A DNA stretch of 64,000 bases from NCBI GenBank assembly GCA_040285825.1, contig JAUPSS010000011.1:1-64000 (forward strand), given 5' to 3'. The position numbers were made by a program, and so were the translations under genes. Source of the DNA: Eukaryota sp. TZLM1-RC. Lineage: Eukaryota > Protista > Metamonada: BaSk clade. Under the pieces are notes generated by a model that was given only the letters and a program-made list of their open reading frames with translations, was not told the origin of the DNA and searched no databases. Below, one piece after another: positions 13,627 through 26,265 of this stretch. Within the stretch, counting starts at the first letter, position 1. Each line of letters opens with the position of its first letter.

Positions 13627-16003
13627 TTGCTGGAATTAATACAAATGGGAGATAACAGACTTCGAACGAACAATTGATGAGCTCCAAGTTCAGGAGCTTT
13701 GGCATTGTGAGAATGCGAAACATGGAAAGTTTAGTTAGACAAACGTCAACAATCGTAAGTTTGGAAATTGAAGACAAGAGACCTGTCATACCGGATAGAA
13801 TAAGACGACGCACGAGACCAGGACCAAACAGAAAACTAGGTATGCGACCAAAGGCATCAAACAAGACAGATAACCCCAGGGAAAGTGGTATTCCAGAAAT
13901 AGAAACTGAATTGGATAATGAAGAGACTTCATCAACTGCACCAAGCACAGAATTGCACGGCATGTAGACAAACGATGAATCATTACCTGTGTTGCTGCCG
14001 GACCACTCAATATTGAGGTATAATCCTGGTGATTGATTGCCCCTACTGAAGGATATGGGAAGATATGCATTCGATGTGGAACATGATGTTGTGTTGTGAA
14101 CTATGAATGGGGAGGGAACTGCAGCAGCACGTTCAGCATTCCAATCCTCAGAGGAAGCACTTGCCAACATGGACGAAAAAGGATCATTGAAAAGCGATGC
14201 AAGGAAGAACACATCAGCACATGGATATCTGTAACCATAGCGTTGAGTGAAAATCAGGTGGCGAAGCGTGTATGGCGTAACACCGGTAAGATTGTAAAAC
14301 CCGAGCGAATGACTATGATGACTATTCACAGACAGAGTGAGTGCGTTGGAAGAGGCGTATAGTTGTTGAAGAAACTGTGAAACATTTGGTGCACTTTGAG
14401 TAATAGATGCCTGTCCCAGCAAGCGTAACCTACATAGACTTGAATGTGATGAACGAAAACTACGATGTTCAAAGCTAGGGGCATATAGAACATTTGATAC
14501 TGATGGTAGTTCGTGGACCATGAAGGTGAACGGTGCTGATGAACGAAGTAAAAACCGGCGGAACATAGTAAAAGCCGAACCGAAACTCTGAATATGCAGA
14601 GGAAGGAGAGGAATGGGTGGAGTGAACAGGAGTGGGAAGAGTTGGTTAAAACTGACCACATGCTCCTGAGGAGGAGCTATTCCGAGCAATCGCACGGTAT
14701 AGCAACCAAGAGCAGGATCAATTGACACAATTTCCACAGGCCAAGGAACATAATAGAAGAAGTCATTCAAATTCACGTGAGAACCTCTCAAGAACAATTT
14801 GGAACCTGTAGGGTAGAATGGAATTTGAGGACAAAGAAACTGTACATGAGATAGCGGATGTCCAACAACCAAGGTTCCAAGAGGGGATTGGAAGGCAAAT
14901 GTTACCTCAGAACAACAAAGAGGTTCATTGAAAGACCACATGCCTTGTTCAAGGTTACCCTCAAGCAAATCAGTGGATCTTATGAAATGAACTTCACCGT
15001 TGACCAGTACTATACTGATAAAATGTTTGGCACTATGACCAATGTAGCAAACTTGTTGATCAAATGAAACAACTTCGGTGTCGTTGTCTGTTAGAACACG
15101 GACTTGCCTTCCACTACTGAAAACCAGTGTGTCTGAATCATCAACAAACGAAATTAAGTCAGGCGGTACTGATAAGTCCGTGACCACTCTTGTATGAAAA
15201 ACACCAGAGCTGTTAATTTCAATTACTTTGATGTCTCCGTTACAGAGTAAGAGGCATATACTCCCATTATAATAGTTCACTTCAGCAGAAGTGCAACTAT
15301 GGGAAATGTCTTCCTTGAACCAAGTCTGTAGATTACCATTAAGATCCAACCCCAGTATTATCAACTCTTTCTCATACACAATCACTACGTAAAGCGAACT
15401 ATCATGAATTATCTCTTTAACGAAAGGAATAGAAGTAACATTAGCTGAAAGAGATGGTATTGTACAAATGCTGGTTTTGCTGATTAAATCTACGATGAAC
15501 AGCTTCCCATGGTAATCAACATAGAAATAGATGGTTCTTTCAGGAATTGAAAGCATAATACCTGTGACACTATAGGGGGTGGTCATTGACTCAAAACTTT
15601 TCTTTCCCACGTCATCTAACAACTGGTAACACACAAACGTCAGTGTACCAAGAGGATCAACCAAGGTGAGGTCCTGATCTGAAATTTGTCTATGGATAGG
15701 AAGAGCATGAACAGAAAGGCAAAGGGAGTCTTGAAAAAGGCAAACACTGGTTCTATCTTGAATTGAAACTTGGGTAAATGGCATCCAGTCATGATGAAGA
15801 ATGTCTCCCAGATACATGCTGAGTTCAAGGGAGCCATCTGCAAGGCGAAATAGGCGACAATGAAAATCTTCAATAAACATTACATAACAGGAAGAAACAT
15901 CAGCAGTAACTACTGAACACAGTCTACCATGTACACTGTGATGTATCTTTGAGAATTCTTTAACAAAGTTGATGTGAATAAGAGATCGCTTCCAGTAAGT
16001 CAT
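13610..16003 (-). CDS. Hypothetical protein, beta-rich (propeller-like) N-terminal half
   Basis: 797-aa uninterrupted ORF; true start may lie further upstream. Confidence 0.6.
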   Translation of the reverse strand: MTYWKRSLIHINFVKEFSKIHHSVHGRLCSVVTADVSSCYVMFIEDFHCRLFRLADGSLELSMYLGDILHHDWMPFTQVSIQDRTSVCLFQDSLCLSVHALPIHRQISDQDLTLVDPLGTLTFVCYQLLDDVGKKSFESMTTPYSVTGIMLSIPERTIYFYVDYHGKLFIVDLISKTSICTIPSLSANVTSIPFVKEIIHDSSLYVVIVYEKELIILGLDLNGNLQTWFKEDISHSCTSAEVNYYNGSICLLLCNGDIKVIEINSSGVFHTRVVTDLSVPPDLISFVDDSDTLVFSSGRQVRVLTDNDTEVVSFDQQVCYIGHSAKHFISIVLVNGEVHFIRSTDLLEGNLEQGMWSFNEPLCCSEVTFAFQSPLGTLVVGHPLSHVQFLCPQIPFYPTGSKLFLRGSHVNLNDFFYYVPWPVEIVSIDPALGCYTVRLLGIAPPQEHVVSFNQLFPLLFTPPIPLLPLHIQSFGSAFTMFRRFLLRSSAPFTFMVHELPSVSNVLYAPSFEHRSFRSSHSSLCRLRLLGQASITQSAPNVSQFLQQLYASSNALTLSVNSHHSHSLGFYNLTGVTPYTLRHLIFTQRYGYRYPCADVFFLASLFNDPFSSMLASASSEDWNAERAAAVPSPFIVHNTTSCSTSNAYLPISFSRGNQSPGLYLNIEWSGSNTGNDSSFVYMPCNSVLGAVDEVSSLSNSVSISGIPLSLGLSVLFDAFGRIPSFLFGPGLVRRLILSGMTGLLSSISKLTIVDVCLTKLSMFRILTMPKLLNLELINCSFEVCYLPFVLIPANDHQY

Positions 16004-16817
16004 AAATGAGTGAAGCTATTTACAGTGTCCCATTTGTGCTGATCAATAATCAATACTACCAAAGTAGCTGCCTACTGTTCTTGGAAGAACATGACTAGAC
16101 TAGATCTCAACACTTGCTTCTTCCAACATCGAGGATGTCCTTAAACATCAGGTTTTGGTCCAATTTTTATAAATTTCATAACTTGAGTTCAATGGTTCTT
16201 TTATTTTATAAACTGCGGCCATGATAAGAGCTGGTGAAATTCAGTGAATTATCAAATTTCCATGGTCTTAATATGACTTACACAGCATCAAGACTAAAGT
16301 AATATATAGAACCCTATAGAAAATTATAAGCTATGTTGGTGAAGCCTCTTATAGTCTGTTGGAGTACCACAAATAACCATTTTGTTGTATCAAAAGTTTG
16401 GAAGTATCAACAGCTTTTGAGAATTATGTATGATGATCATCTGTATGTTTCTGTAGTAAGGAAGCTATATCTTTTACTGGTCATGAAGAAATATCCAAGC
16501 ATGTTAATAAACTGATGGTATGCTGTACACTTCTAGCTCACACAAGATTAAGGGCGTGTTTGTCATTTATACATTGAAATATAACAACTTTGTGATAAAA
16601 AACAAATCAACTATAAAGAAATAAATTGACCAAATTAAATCATACTACTTGACTACACCTTATGCCGTCTTTGTCATTTCTGAACTCCTACATTCACCAT
16701 CACATATTTTGGTGCAAAGTGGTTGAAGTAAAGTCGATGAAATGGTGACCAAATAATTCAATTTACTAACAAAAAAACACGAAAATCTACACAAGCGGAA
16801 ACAACCGCTATTCACAC

Positions 16818-18346
16818 CTATACTATTGTTAAGAAAAACTGTACAAGGGCAAAGATCAACACTGCTATAGGTGACCAGCGCCCAATAACATATATAAAGT
16901 CGGTCCACCACCGATGTTCCACTCCGAGAGCTCTATGAATCTTGTGCTTTGGAATAAACCAAGTAAGAATAAAGGCCCCGAAAAACCCGGAAAAGATAAC
17001 CATTGTTGTTCCTGTGAATCTATCCACAAAGTCCAAAACACTTTCGTCACCTATTTTTAATTGTAAAGGTGTTGACGAAAGGGCTGATGGAGTTCCCAAG
17101 ACAAGCATTAGAAGACCAACAACCAAAACAGCCATCTTTGGTTTGAGTTTAAATTGTTCCTCGACAGCAGAGATAATTACCTTGAGCCCTATAATGAGAA
17201 AAGTAAAAACAAACCTGCAATACATGAACTGAATGCTGCCAAAAAGAACAACATGAAGAACATGATTCCTAGCCAATATCCACCAGTCAAAGATTTAAAA
17301 ACCAGAGGAAGGGTGTTAAATGCAAGCTCACTGCCAGCAGTGGGTTCTAGATCCAGTGCGAAAATAAAAGGAAACATGAAGAAACCTGAAAGTAGAGAAA
17401 CTAACATTTCAACTGAACCAACAATTAAAGCAGCACGGGGAACATGTGTCTTTTCTGGGATATAAGATCCATAACATTCAAGATAACTTTGATTAGAATT
17501 TCATAAACAAACCCTTGACCAACTCTGAGGTTAAAGAAGATGAGTTAAAAACATACGCAACAGTGTAACAAGCTTGTCCCAAGGCAAACACCCACAGATC
17601 AACACTTTTTAAGCGAGAAAAATCAAACCGCACTAAATAAGCAACAGCTTGAGACCATCCATCAGTTTGAGTTGCAACTCCGACCAAAGAAAACATTATC
17701 AACATCAATACTGGCATGAGTACACTGGAACTTTTCTGGATTGCGGCAACTCCCTTGATCAAAACCAGGGGTGCTGCAATACAAATCACAAGAAAATAAT
17801 AGAGAGACCTATAACCAGATGAAAAGTGTTTGAAAATAACAAGCTTATCATTGACAGCATCAACAGCATAACCTAAGCACCATCCTGTGACAACGAGATA
17901 GTAGGACGTAATAGCAATGGTCAGAATCACAACAAACCATCCGTGAATCCGTCCTATTTTATTGACTTGCCCATAACAATGCACAACGTCTTTCTGGGAA
18001 AGCCTACCTGCTGCAATTGAAAGCCACATAATGGGAAAGCATACAACTAACATAGCTATGATCTGTGCAACGACGTAGCTCCCACCTCCTGAGATAAGAA
18101 TGCGGTGAGTTTTTCAAACCATTGAGTCCTAGAATAAGACAATTAAAACCATAACAAACCCACAATGTAAGGAAACCTCCACATATTGCCCAGTCCAATT
18201 GCGGCACAGGTTAGTGAAGCAACAAATGATTTTTCAGAGCTGAACCGACGGCGATCACTATGTGGTGCAATTGGAGTATCTTGGGTGAACAACGGTATGT
18301 GGGTTTTCCCCAATAATGGGAGGGAATCACGTAACATTGGAGTCAT
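16818..18346 (-). CDS. Sodium:neurotransmitter symporter (SLC6/NSS) paralog 1, five short introns
   Basis: AIGLGNMWRFPY motif; splicing 18159-18129, 18119-18089 and three downstream GT-AG introns restores the frame (..GQGYLECYGSY.., FF.LFFLAAFSS). Confidence 0.92.
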
Positions 18347-18527
18347 GGAAGAAAAATGAAGAAAAATGATTGAATTTTAATGTCAAAGTGATTAGATTAA
18401 GAAACATTGTCTTGTTTGAAGTACTAGCTTATTTTGAAATTTTAATTAAAATTCAATTACAATTAAAATAGCAGCAGATAAAAAAATTCGGTGAAATACT
18501 AATTTATAGACTATAAATACACAGATT

Positions 18528-20139
18528 TTATTGACAATCACCCGTCAGTTTGGCAATTTCCGCTTTCAGACGTGAATTCTCAGCAAGCAACTCCCCAACT
18601 CTAGCCGATAACTCATTATTTTTCCTTGAAAGCTGATCTATCATAATACTTTCTTGAGATGGCTGGTTATGTGGCAAGAAACAGCTTTTCGACGCTTGGT
18701 CATGTGTTTCAACAATACCCTCAAGTAATTTCAAAGTACAGTCAGTCAGACTAACCAATTGGTTTCTCAAATCAGCACCATATCCTTCTTTTACCTCATC
18801 CTTTGTTACAGTTTCCTTGACCTCCTTGATCTCCTTTGCATCTTTGGTTTGATTAGCCTCTTTTCGAGCTTTAGGAGGCAACGCTTCCTTGGCGCTTTCC
18901 GGTGGCTTGCTACTTATTTTGGGTGTGGATTTGAGCGCGAACCTACCTCGCTGTTCAACTTCGACATCATTTGGCGGGGGGCACGATTCGTCCCCTGATT
19001 GATCCTTGACTGTAAACCTTCCTCTTTTGGCACGTTCTTTCTGTGGTGTAGGTGGTCGCGAGTTTTCTTTTGGTTTTTGATCTTCTTCCAAATCTCCAAA
19101 ATCCCATTTAGCAGATCCTATAGGTCTATAATAGTCGGGCGATTCTGACCGTTCAATAGAGGGCTGAGAGCTAGTGAAAGACTCAGATGTAGCCTCAATA
19201 TATTTTTGAACAACATTCGACACCAAATAATCTGCTTTTTTCCCCATATTCTTAATAAACCGATGATTCAGAAGAGAAGTCACATTTGCTCTTTTGGTAG
19301 GATCCTTATTGAGACAATGATCAACAAACTCCTTGAAGCTGCGTGACCATCTTCTTGGGTTCTTGTCATCAGCATCATCCACAGAATCCAAGGACGGTGG
19401 AGGGTTTTGTATGGTCATTAGAACCACCTTCATCGGAGGATACTTTGAATAGGGTGCGACCCCATGGGCTAATTCAATAGCAGAGATGCCGAGAGACCAA
19501 ATATCACAACTTTCCGAGTACAATCTTTGCTCAATAACTTCAGGAGCCTATGGTTAGTTTGTTTATGAAAAGGAGAAAACACACCATCCAGCATGGAGTG
19601 CCAACAAACGTGTTTCGTTGCTTCCTCGCACCATGTTCTACCAACAACCCGCAAACCCCAAAGTCACCAAGGTAGACGGAACCTCTACGATCTAGGAGGA
19701 TGTTTCCAGCCTTAATGTCTCTGTGAACTTGGTCATTGCGGTGAAGATATTCAAGGGCTTTGAGGGTTTCCCGTAGGATAGTGGCAATTGTGATTTCGTC
19801 AAAGCCATTAGGGGCGACTACCTTCATAATGTCACGGAGAGAACCAAGGAGAAGTGGCATGACTAGCCAGAGGGATTGTTTGTGGACAAAGGAAACATAA
19901 TGTGTGACAATATTGGGATGATGGTTAAGTGACATTGCATTAAGTTCTTTACGTATTTCATCCATAGAAGAAGAAGAACTTTCAAGGTTGACTACCTTAA
20001 TAGCAACTTCAGTATCCATGGCCTCACAATAAGCACGATAGACCGTGGCAGAAGCTCCGGAACCAAGTTCTTGCACAATTTGATAAGCATCTGCAGAAGA
20101 GGGAAACTGACGCTTGGCTGGTGATGAGGGAACCGACAT
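18528..20139 (-). CDS. STE20-family Ser/Thr kinase, OSR1/SPAK/Fray-like, C-terminal coiled coil
   Basis: GSGASATV, VAIK, HRDIKAGN, DFG, FVGTPCWM|APE across a 37-nt intron 19548-19584; YPPMKV. Confidence 0.93.
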
Positions 20140-20559
20140 GAACTACAGGGTGCACAGTTTAAGATAAAGGGGTTGTGTTTGTGGCCCTTTATTGTATTTG
20201 TTATTGAATTTATTTCATTTACAAACATCAGGAGCTATTTTTACAGTATTTTGCAAAATTGGTGAATTGCCATTCCCATTCCCATTCCCATTCCCACCCC
20301 ATTCCCAATTCTCAAAATCCATGCCGTTTAACACCGATCATTTTTTTTCTGATGTCAATTTACTTCAACTTAAGGAAGGATTGGTGTTCTATTTTTATTC
20401 TTTTATTGGAAAAAACAAATCTGTCAAAAGTTTTATTGGACAATACAAATTGTTTAAAACTAATGTCGCTATAATTGAGTGCGCACCAAACAAAAACAAT
20501 GTTATACCAAACGCACCATCGTACCACCGAACAAAAAAAAGTAATAGTAATAAAAAGTA

Positions 20560-20700
20560 GTGGTTGTGGTTATCCAATTGCTCCTTTTGTGGATTCTTCT
20601 CAGGTTGTTGTTGACTTTACTACTGTTGATTCTTTTGCTTCAATTTACTGTGAAGATGTCTTAGTTAGTTCTAATGGCCACTTAGACAAGGCTGAGTTGA
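20560..20700 (+). mobile_element. Short CRE-like fragment
   Basis: IAPFVDSSQVVVDFTTVD matches the 63376-63936 ORF. Confidence 0.8.
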
Positions 20701-20702
20701 TT

Positions 20703-21590
20703 CTAATTCTTTTCTGTTGATTCTAATTGTCTCTTCAGTAATAACTGATCCTTTTCTGAGCTCTTCTTCCACTCATCTTTATAATTTTCAAGTTTTTCAA
20801 TCCATTCCGCGTCCTTTGAACTACAAATATTTGTCAGCTGAGACTTGACACTTGTCAGCTCAGAGAACAGCTCAGTGACACGTGTTTCTGCTGAATTCAA
20901 CTGACTTTTGTAATTTTGCGCTTCCTTTTGAATTTGTTGAAATTCAGTTTCTAAAATATTATTTTCAGCCACTTGATTAGTTAATTCCAAATCCTTTTCA
21001 TTAATTTCAGACATTAACTGGGAATTTCGGAATCTTAACTTTGAAATTTCAGTTTCCAGTTTAGACATTGTTGATTGGTGATCAGAAACTTGCGATTGTA
21101 AATTAACCAACTCTAACTGTTGGTTGACCGCCTTGCCATCGTGATTGCTTTTCAGCTCAGTTATTAACCTTTCCTTTTCAATCAAATCATTTTCAAGTTC
21201 GGAAAGCTGCAGACACTGAGATTGAGTAGTTTCATTTAATTTAGATACTTCACACTCAAGTTGCTGGTTTAGTGATTGAACACTGCTCATTTCTTGGTTA
21301 AGTTGTGATATGTGCGCATCATGAGAGTGTAGAGACGACAGAGCAAGGGAAAGAGAGGACTGTAGTTGAGATTCAATTGAGGTAAGTTCTGCATTGATAT
21401 CATGGCGAAGGTCATTGAGATCAGAACGAAGCGAGAACGCATTTGAAACCTTCTGGAGTGTGTCTGGAGCGAAAAATACATCACTTACTTGTGGAAGAGG
21501 AAGATTATGTGATTTGCAGTAGTTTTGATAAGTAGTGATTGTGTGTTTAAGCTGAATCACCTTGGTTTGTAAAGAATTGAGTTTAGACAT
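20703..21590 (-). CDS. Coiled-coil protein, possibly 3'-truncated by the CRE fragment
   Basis: 295-aa heptad-rich ORF whose stop lies at the junction with the retroelement fragment. Confidence 0.65.
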   Translation of the reverse strand: MSKLNSLQTKVIQLKHTITTYQNYCKSHNLPLPQVSDVFFAPDTLQKVSNAFSLRSDLNDLRHDINAELTSIESQLQSSLSLALSSLHSHDAHISQLNQEMSSVQSLNQQLECEVSKLNETTQSQCLQLSELENDLIEKERLITELKSNHDGKAVNQQLELVNLQSQVSDHQSTMSKLETEISKLRFRNSQLMSEINEKDLELTNQVAENNILETEFQQIQKEAQNYKSQLNSAETRVTELFSELTSVKSQLTNICSSKDAEWIEKLENYKDEWKKSSEKDQLLLKRQLESTEKN

Positions 21591-21845
21591 CGGCTAATAA
21601 CACAAAACGTCAAACAGTGGTAACCTGTTGAGATTAATGGAGGACGTGGATAAAATGAACTGAGATGCTGAACTACTCAGTTGGAGAATTCTTACAAAGT
21701 AAATGGAAAGTGTGGGAAAGTGTGGGAATAGTGAAAACCTCCCAAAACCAAGTTGAGGGTTAAAAACCTCCCAGAATAGGCAACCAGAAGTCGAAAATGG
21801 GTGACAAGTGTAAAATTTGATAGATGAGCTCTTTATTCTCACTAC

Positions 21846-23801
21846 ATGTCAGACACCCCCTCTGTATCACGTGTATTCACTCGGTCTTGTGCACTTAACT
21901 CGCTGCTGACCCCTGCAGCGGTGCAACAAATTCGGACTGACCTTCCTGTGGTCACCGAGATTTGTCATGAAGCGTCTTTATTACTTCAATCTTTTCTTCT
22001 AAATTTTCCGTTGGCATCTAGAGGTTTAGTGGAACAGGATGTATGGTATCTGTTTATGACCGTCATCACCACTGGTTCTTTTCCAAAGCCTTCCACATCT
22101 AAAGGCCAACGCCAATTACTCCATATCTTTTACAATGGATTTCTTCCTGAATGCCCACAAGACAGGTCTCTTGTTTCATTGTGGGAAAATTCTTTAGTGC
22201 CTTACAGAAATTCATTCCATCTTTTCCTCAATGATTGGCTGCAGTCCCAGAACTGTAATTTTATCAATAGAAAAGGGCTTTCTTCTTATCTTGCCTGTCG
22301 TGCTCGTCAATTGGCCTCCAACGTTAAGACATGTTTACCCAAAATTTGTCAATCCTGGACAAAAAACTTTATTCGTGCTCATTGTAGAGCCCTGAATAAA
22401 ACAAATGTCTTTGCAAATAATATTCTTTCACTTTTGCCAGATGAACTACTAGCCCAACCCGAGGAAGTAGTAGTTGATTCTGTTCTTGAATACCTCATCA
22501 ATTTCAATTTGAATAATTCAAGAGAAAGATTTTTTTATTGAATGCATGTAGGTTTATCTTGAATCTCTTTCAAAGATTTCCTACCACTGCCTCCCTACTG
22601 TCCTCACATGATAAAATCACTGTTTCATCAAAGGAAATTAGTGAGCTTTTTCTCTTCAATCTTAAAATTTCACAATACTTACTCACTTTCTTTTCTCATA
22701 TGCATTGCTGGAAGAAATTTAGAATAATACCTTTAGCTTCTCATAAAGGTTCTAAATTTATTGAGGTACCTTCACAAATTTTCCACTCTGTGAAAAAAAT
22801 TTCCAATTATTGAAGGATCATCTTCCAAAACAAAGTTTATCAAAAATACATGTCTGAAACGAGTATTCAAACAATGTCCTTACCAAAAATTCAATATCAA
22901 CAGAAAAAGTTTGAAAAATAGATTTAACAAAATTTTATTGAAAACTAATGGTAATGAACTGCTTTTGACCTTTGAAGGTAAAAATAATGACTCAGAAAAC
23001 ACAGATGAGCTGGATGAACCACCGAAAAAGAAAAGAAGATCAAAAAGTGAAATGAAAAGTGACCCTAATGCCAACAAAACCAAAGAAACACAGTTGAAGG
23101 GTACTAAAAAAATGCCCCGTCGAAGACGTAGACATCCAGTCGAAATTTTACCTGAAAGGCCCCTTATCGGCGTTGATCTTGGCCAATCAAGATTATGTGG
23201 TTACTTCTTAAATGATAATCAATGTGGAGTTATCCCTTGTCCAACTGGCAGAAGATACATGACAAAAAATTCACCCAGTAAACACTCTCCCAACCAATAT
23301 TCCGTTCAAAATTTCAACCAATATTTGAACCATTGGAATTTGGTCAGGAGGAAAGTGTATTTGGAAAGTAATCGCCAGAAATGGAAAATAATTAAATTTG
23401 ATAACCGCAGACGAAAAGAGAGACGGTTCAGAGAGAGTCTCAACAAATTTCAAAGGCTGGCTGGACATCCTGAAAAACTCTATCTTGCTGTGGGTTCTGC
23501 TAATTTCCCTTCTCATTGCCGAAAAGTCAATCGATATGGATCAGCAAGGGCTTTCAGAAAATGGTTGTGTTATCAAAAGGACGTGAAGCACTTGTCAACC
23601 AGTGAATTTAATACAAGCAAAATGTCAAGTTGTTGCATGGCCGAGAATATTCAAGCAGGCTCATGGCAGATGCGTATTTGTACTGAGTGTCAAATAGTAT
23701 ATGACAGAGATATTTCCGCTGCAAAAAATATTCAAATTAAGAAGAAAGCGGAATTGTGGCCGGAAAGATACATTTGCCCAGATGCTCTGCTGAGGAGATG
23801 A
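21846..23801 (+). CDS. Fanzor (eukaryotic TnpB homolog), probably intact 651 aa
   Basis: RuvC-I IGVDLG, RuvC-II SEFNTSKMSSCC, CTEC zinc finger plus RuvC-III DRDISAAKNI; two frame breaks at T7 (22530-22536) and A7 (22793-22799). Confidence 0.88.
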
Positions 23802-23933
23802 ATAGGGAACATGAGCATACAGAAACAAAAACTTTTGAGACCGATCTACAAATACCTTAGTAGCATTTGGTAGATCCACTTAGATACATCAAGTCGCGAG
23901 GCTTTGTTCTGTGAATGCAGTAGGTGTATTCAA
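23802..23933 (+). ncRNA. Candidate omega-RNA scaffold of Fanzor 21846-23801
   Basis: Stems gatctacaaat/atttggtagatc, aagtc-GCGA-ggctt, tgaatgca-gtagg-tgtattca ending TTCAA. Confidence 0.5.
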
Positions 23934-24879
23934 GCGAGGCAGCCCATTGATGAAGATCATGATTGTCTTTGTCAAATGATGCTACATGTCTCTTACAGCC
24001 TGTGAGTAGACATTGAGAAAGTTGAAAACAGGAGTGAATTTCACAGGGGAATGCATGATAAGTGAAATTCACAGTATCATAATCACCATTCCCAATGCCA
24101 TTTCCACCTGATTCCCAAAATACCTTTTCTTACTCTTGACATCTTTTCACAAGACAGTTTATCTAAATCAAAGAACAATGCTTTTGAGGACATCAGGCTA
24201 TTATCTAGAATATTTGAAATATTTAAAAATTGAACAACATTATGAATTATCAAGTCCACATTTGTTTCTTCTTTTCTTACAAATATATTTAATAAAGAGA
24301 TTATCAACGTTTTAAGCCCAAATTTCGAGGCCAAGACCCTACTAACAAACTTTGAAAAAGGATTAGTTAGAGTATCAATAGAGAACATGGGTAACAAACA
24401 AGCTAACAGCTCCGAAATTTCGTGTAATATTCGAGAAAAGATCAGACCGAGATCAGGATCTGAATCTAAAAATTTGTTCAAAACATTGAAGTACGAAACT
24501 GTCAAGGTAATTACATTAGATTTGTCCGAATTCAGTTCAAAAGAACAATTCTGAAAAAAGCAAGAAAATACAAATGAATTGAAAAAGGGGGAAATGTAAA
24601 GACACATCGAATACCTGATCCACATCATGGCGGGAGAGAAAAGACTCCAAAAACCCTTAGATATGTGTTGCCCACTTGCAAGTAGTGTGGCTGTCTATGG
24701 AATCCTATTGTCCATGTTGTTGTCAATATGATTAATGTCGTAGATGAGTGTATTAAAGGAAATGAAAGAGCTTAAGTTTTCACCTGGGTATTTCATATGG
24801 AGTGCATTAAACTTTTCTAAACTCCACCATTTTCCATTCCTCCACTAACTTTTTTCCTTTTTATGTTGCAATGAAATTT

Positions 24880-25870
24880 TTATTCCTTTCTAGAAAATTG
24901 TTCCAATAACTTCTGGAAATCATTATTTTCTGACAAAGTTGACCTTACCTTGATGATTGAAACTAAAGATTTACCAAAGCTTTTAAGAACTGTTCCTAAA
25001 CTACAGAAGAATATCAATTATTTAGAAGCAGAATCACTGAACAACCAAATCAGCATGGCTAACAACCCAGTGATTTTTCTTTAAAATTATTTTTGTGTAC
25101 AGTGTGAATTCTTTTCCAAATAGATCATCTTGTTTGATAACACAAGTTCCTCGTCGTTTTGGATTTCTGCTTTCAGATATTCAATTTTTGATAGTCATGC
25201 GAATAAGACTTAATTTACCTCCTCCCCAATGCTTATCAAATAAGAAATGTAAATGTGGTGCTTATGGTTCTTTCGATCATCTAATTTTTTGTTGTATAAT
25301 CACTCAAAAAAGATCAATTATCCACAATGCAGATCGTGAATGTAGTTATGATCTATTTAAATGTGCTCCTCATCTGGTTCGATTTGAACCTCTGTTTGTT
25401 GAATAAAATTTCAGTTTGAGCCAAAAAGAAGGTGGTATTCAATGTGCATGGTATGATGGAACTGAGCTAATAGACAATTGTGCTACCGTATCTCCGTGAA
25501 AAAGAAGTATCAATTCTGACATGCAACATTGAGTCAAAGTTGCAGAACTTTCCAAGAAATCAGCACACGATGCCCTTTTACAACGTCTCAGTGGAGCAAG
25601 AGGCAGAAACATCAAATTGTCCAAGTTGTTATTTCAATTTTTTGGTACCCTTGGAACTGAAGGTCCCAATTGTTTAAATAATTCAAGAAAATTGCTCAAA
25701 AAAAGTGGTGGTACATTCGATTTGTTAATTTGGAAGAACAGAATTGTATTGTCGTTATTGAAAGCCTTTCCGCGTTGTATAAACTCAATTTTGAATAACA
25801 TTACGGAGTTTTATAACATGCTAGATGCTATGCAAGTGAATAGCGAAATTCTTCCGTCATTTAATTGATG
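24880..25870 (+). mobile_element. Diverged CRE-like 3' fragment
   Basis: MRIRLNL..CKCG..HLIFC..IHNADR..FEPL; FGTLG..WKNRIV. Confidence 0.75.
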
Positions 25871-26265
25871 GGGTTTGAGTAGGTAAAAGCATTAGTTAAG
25901 GTTTTTGGTTGAGATTTAAAACGTATCTGTTCCAGAACTTAATTTCATTAAAGAGAATGGAACAAACGTATTTGAGCCTCTTTAAACTGTATTGGGTGAT
26001 TCTGACCCAGTAGAAATGTGGAAATTGCTGGTGATCAAATGTTAATTGATGATTTTTTGTTTTTTCAATTTCATGAATTTTAAAAAACCAGTGTATTACG
26101 AACATACAATGTAACTCAACAATAAGCAACATTTTATATGCAAGACACAACCATATATAAGACAATATTTTTTAATTGAAGGAGCTGATCTGATGAAAGA
26201 AGAAGATAAATGAAAAATTCACTCGACACGTGATTGACAAAAAGAACATAATGACAAGTGTCACA

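Noticed and set aside
23940-24840. Possible gene around ORF 24083-24628 (-), and similar remnants at 28500-29340
   Set aside because: Fragmented frames with no recognisable motif; no product can be supported
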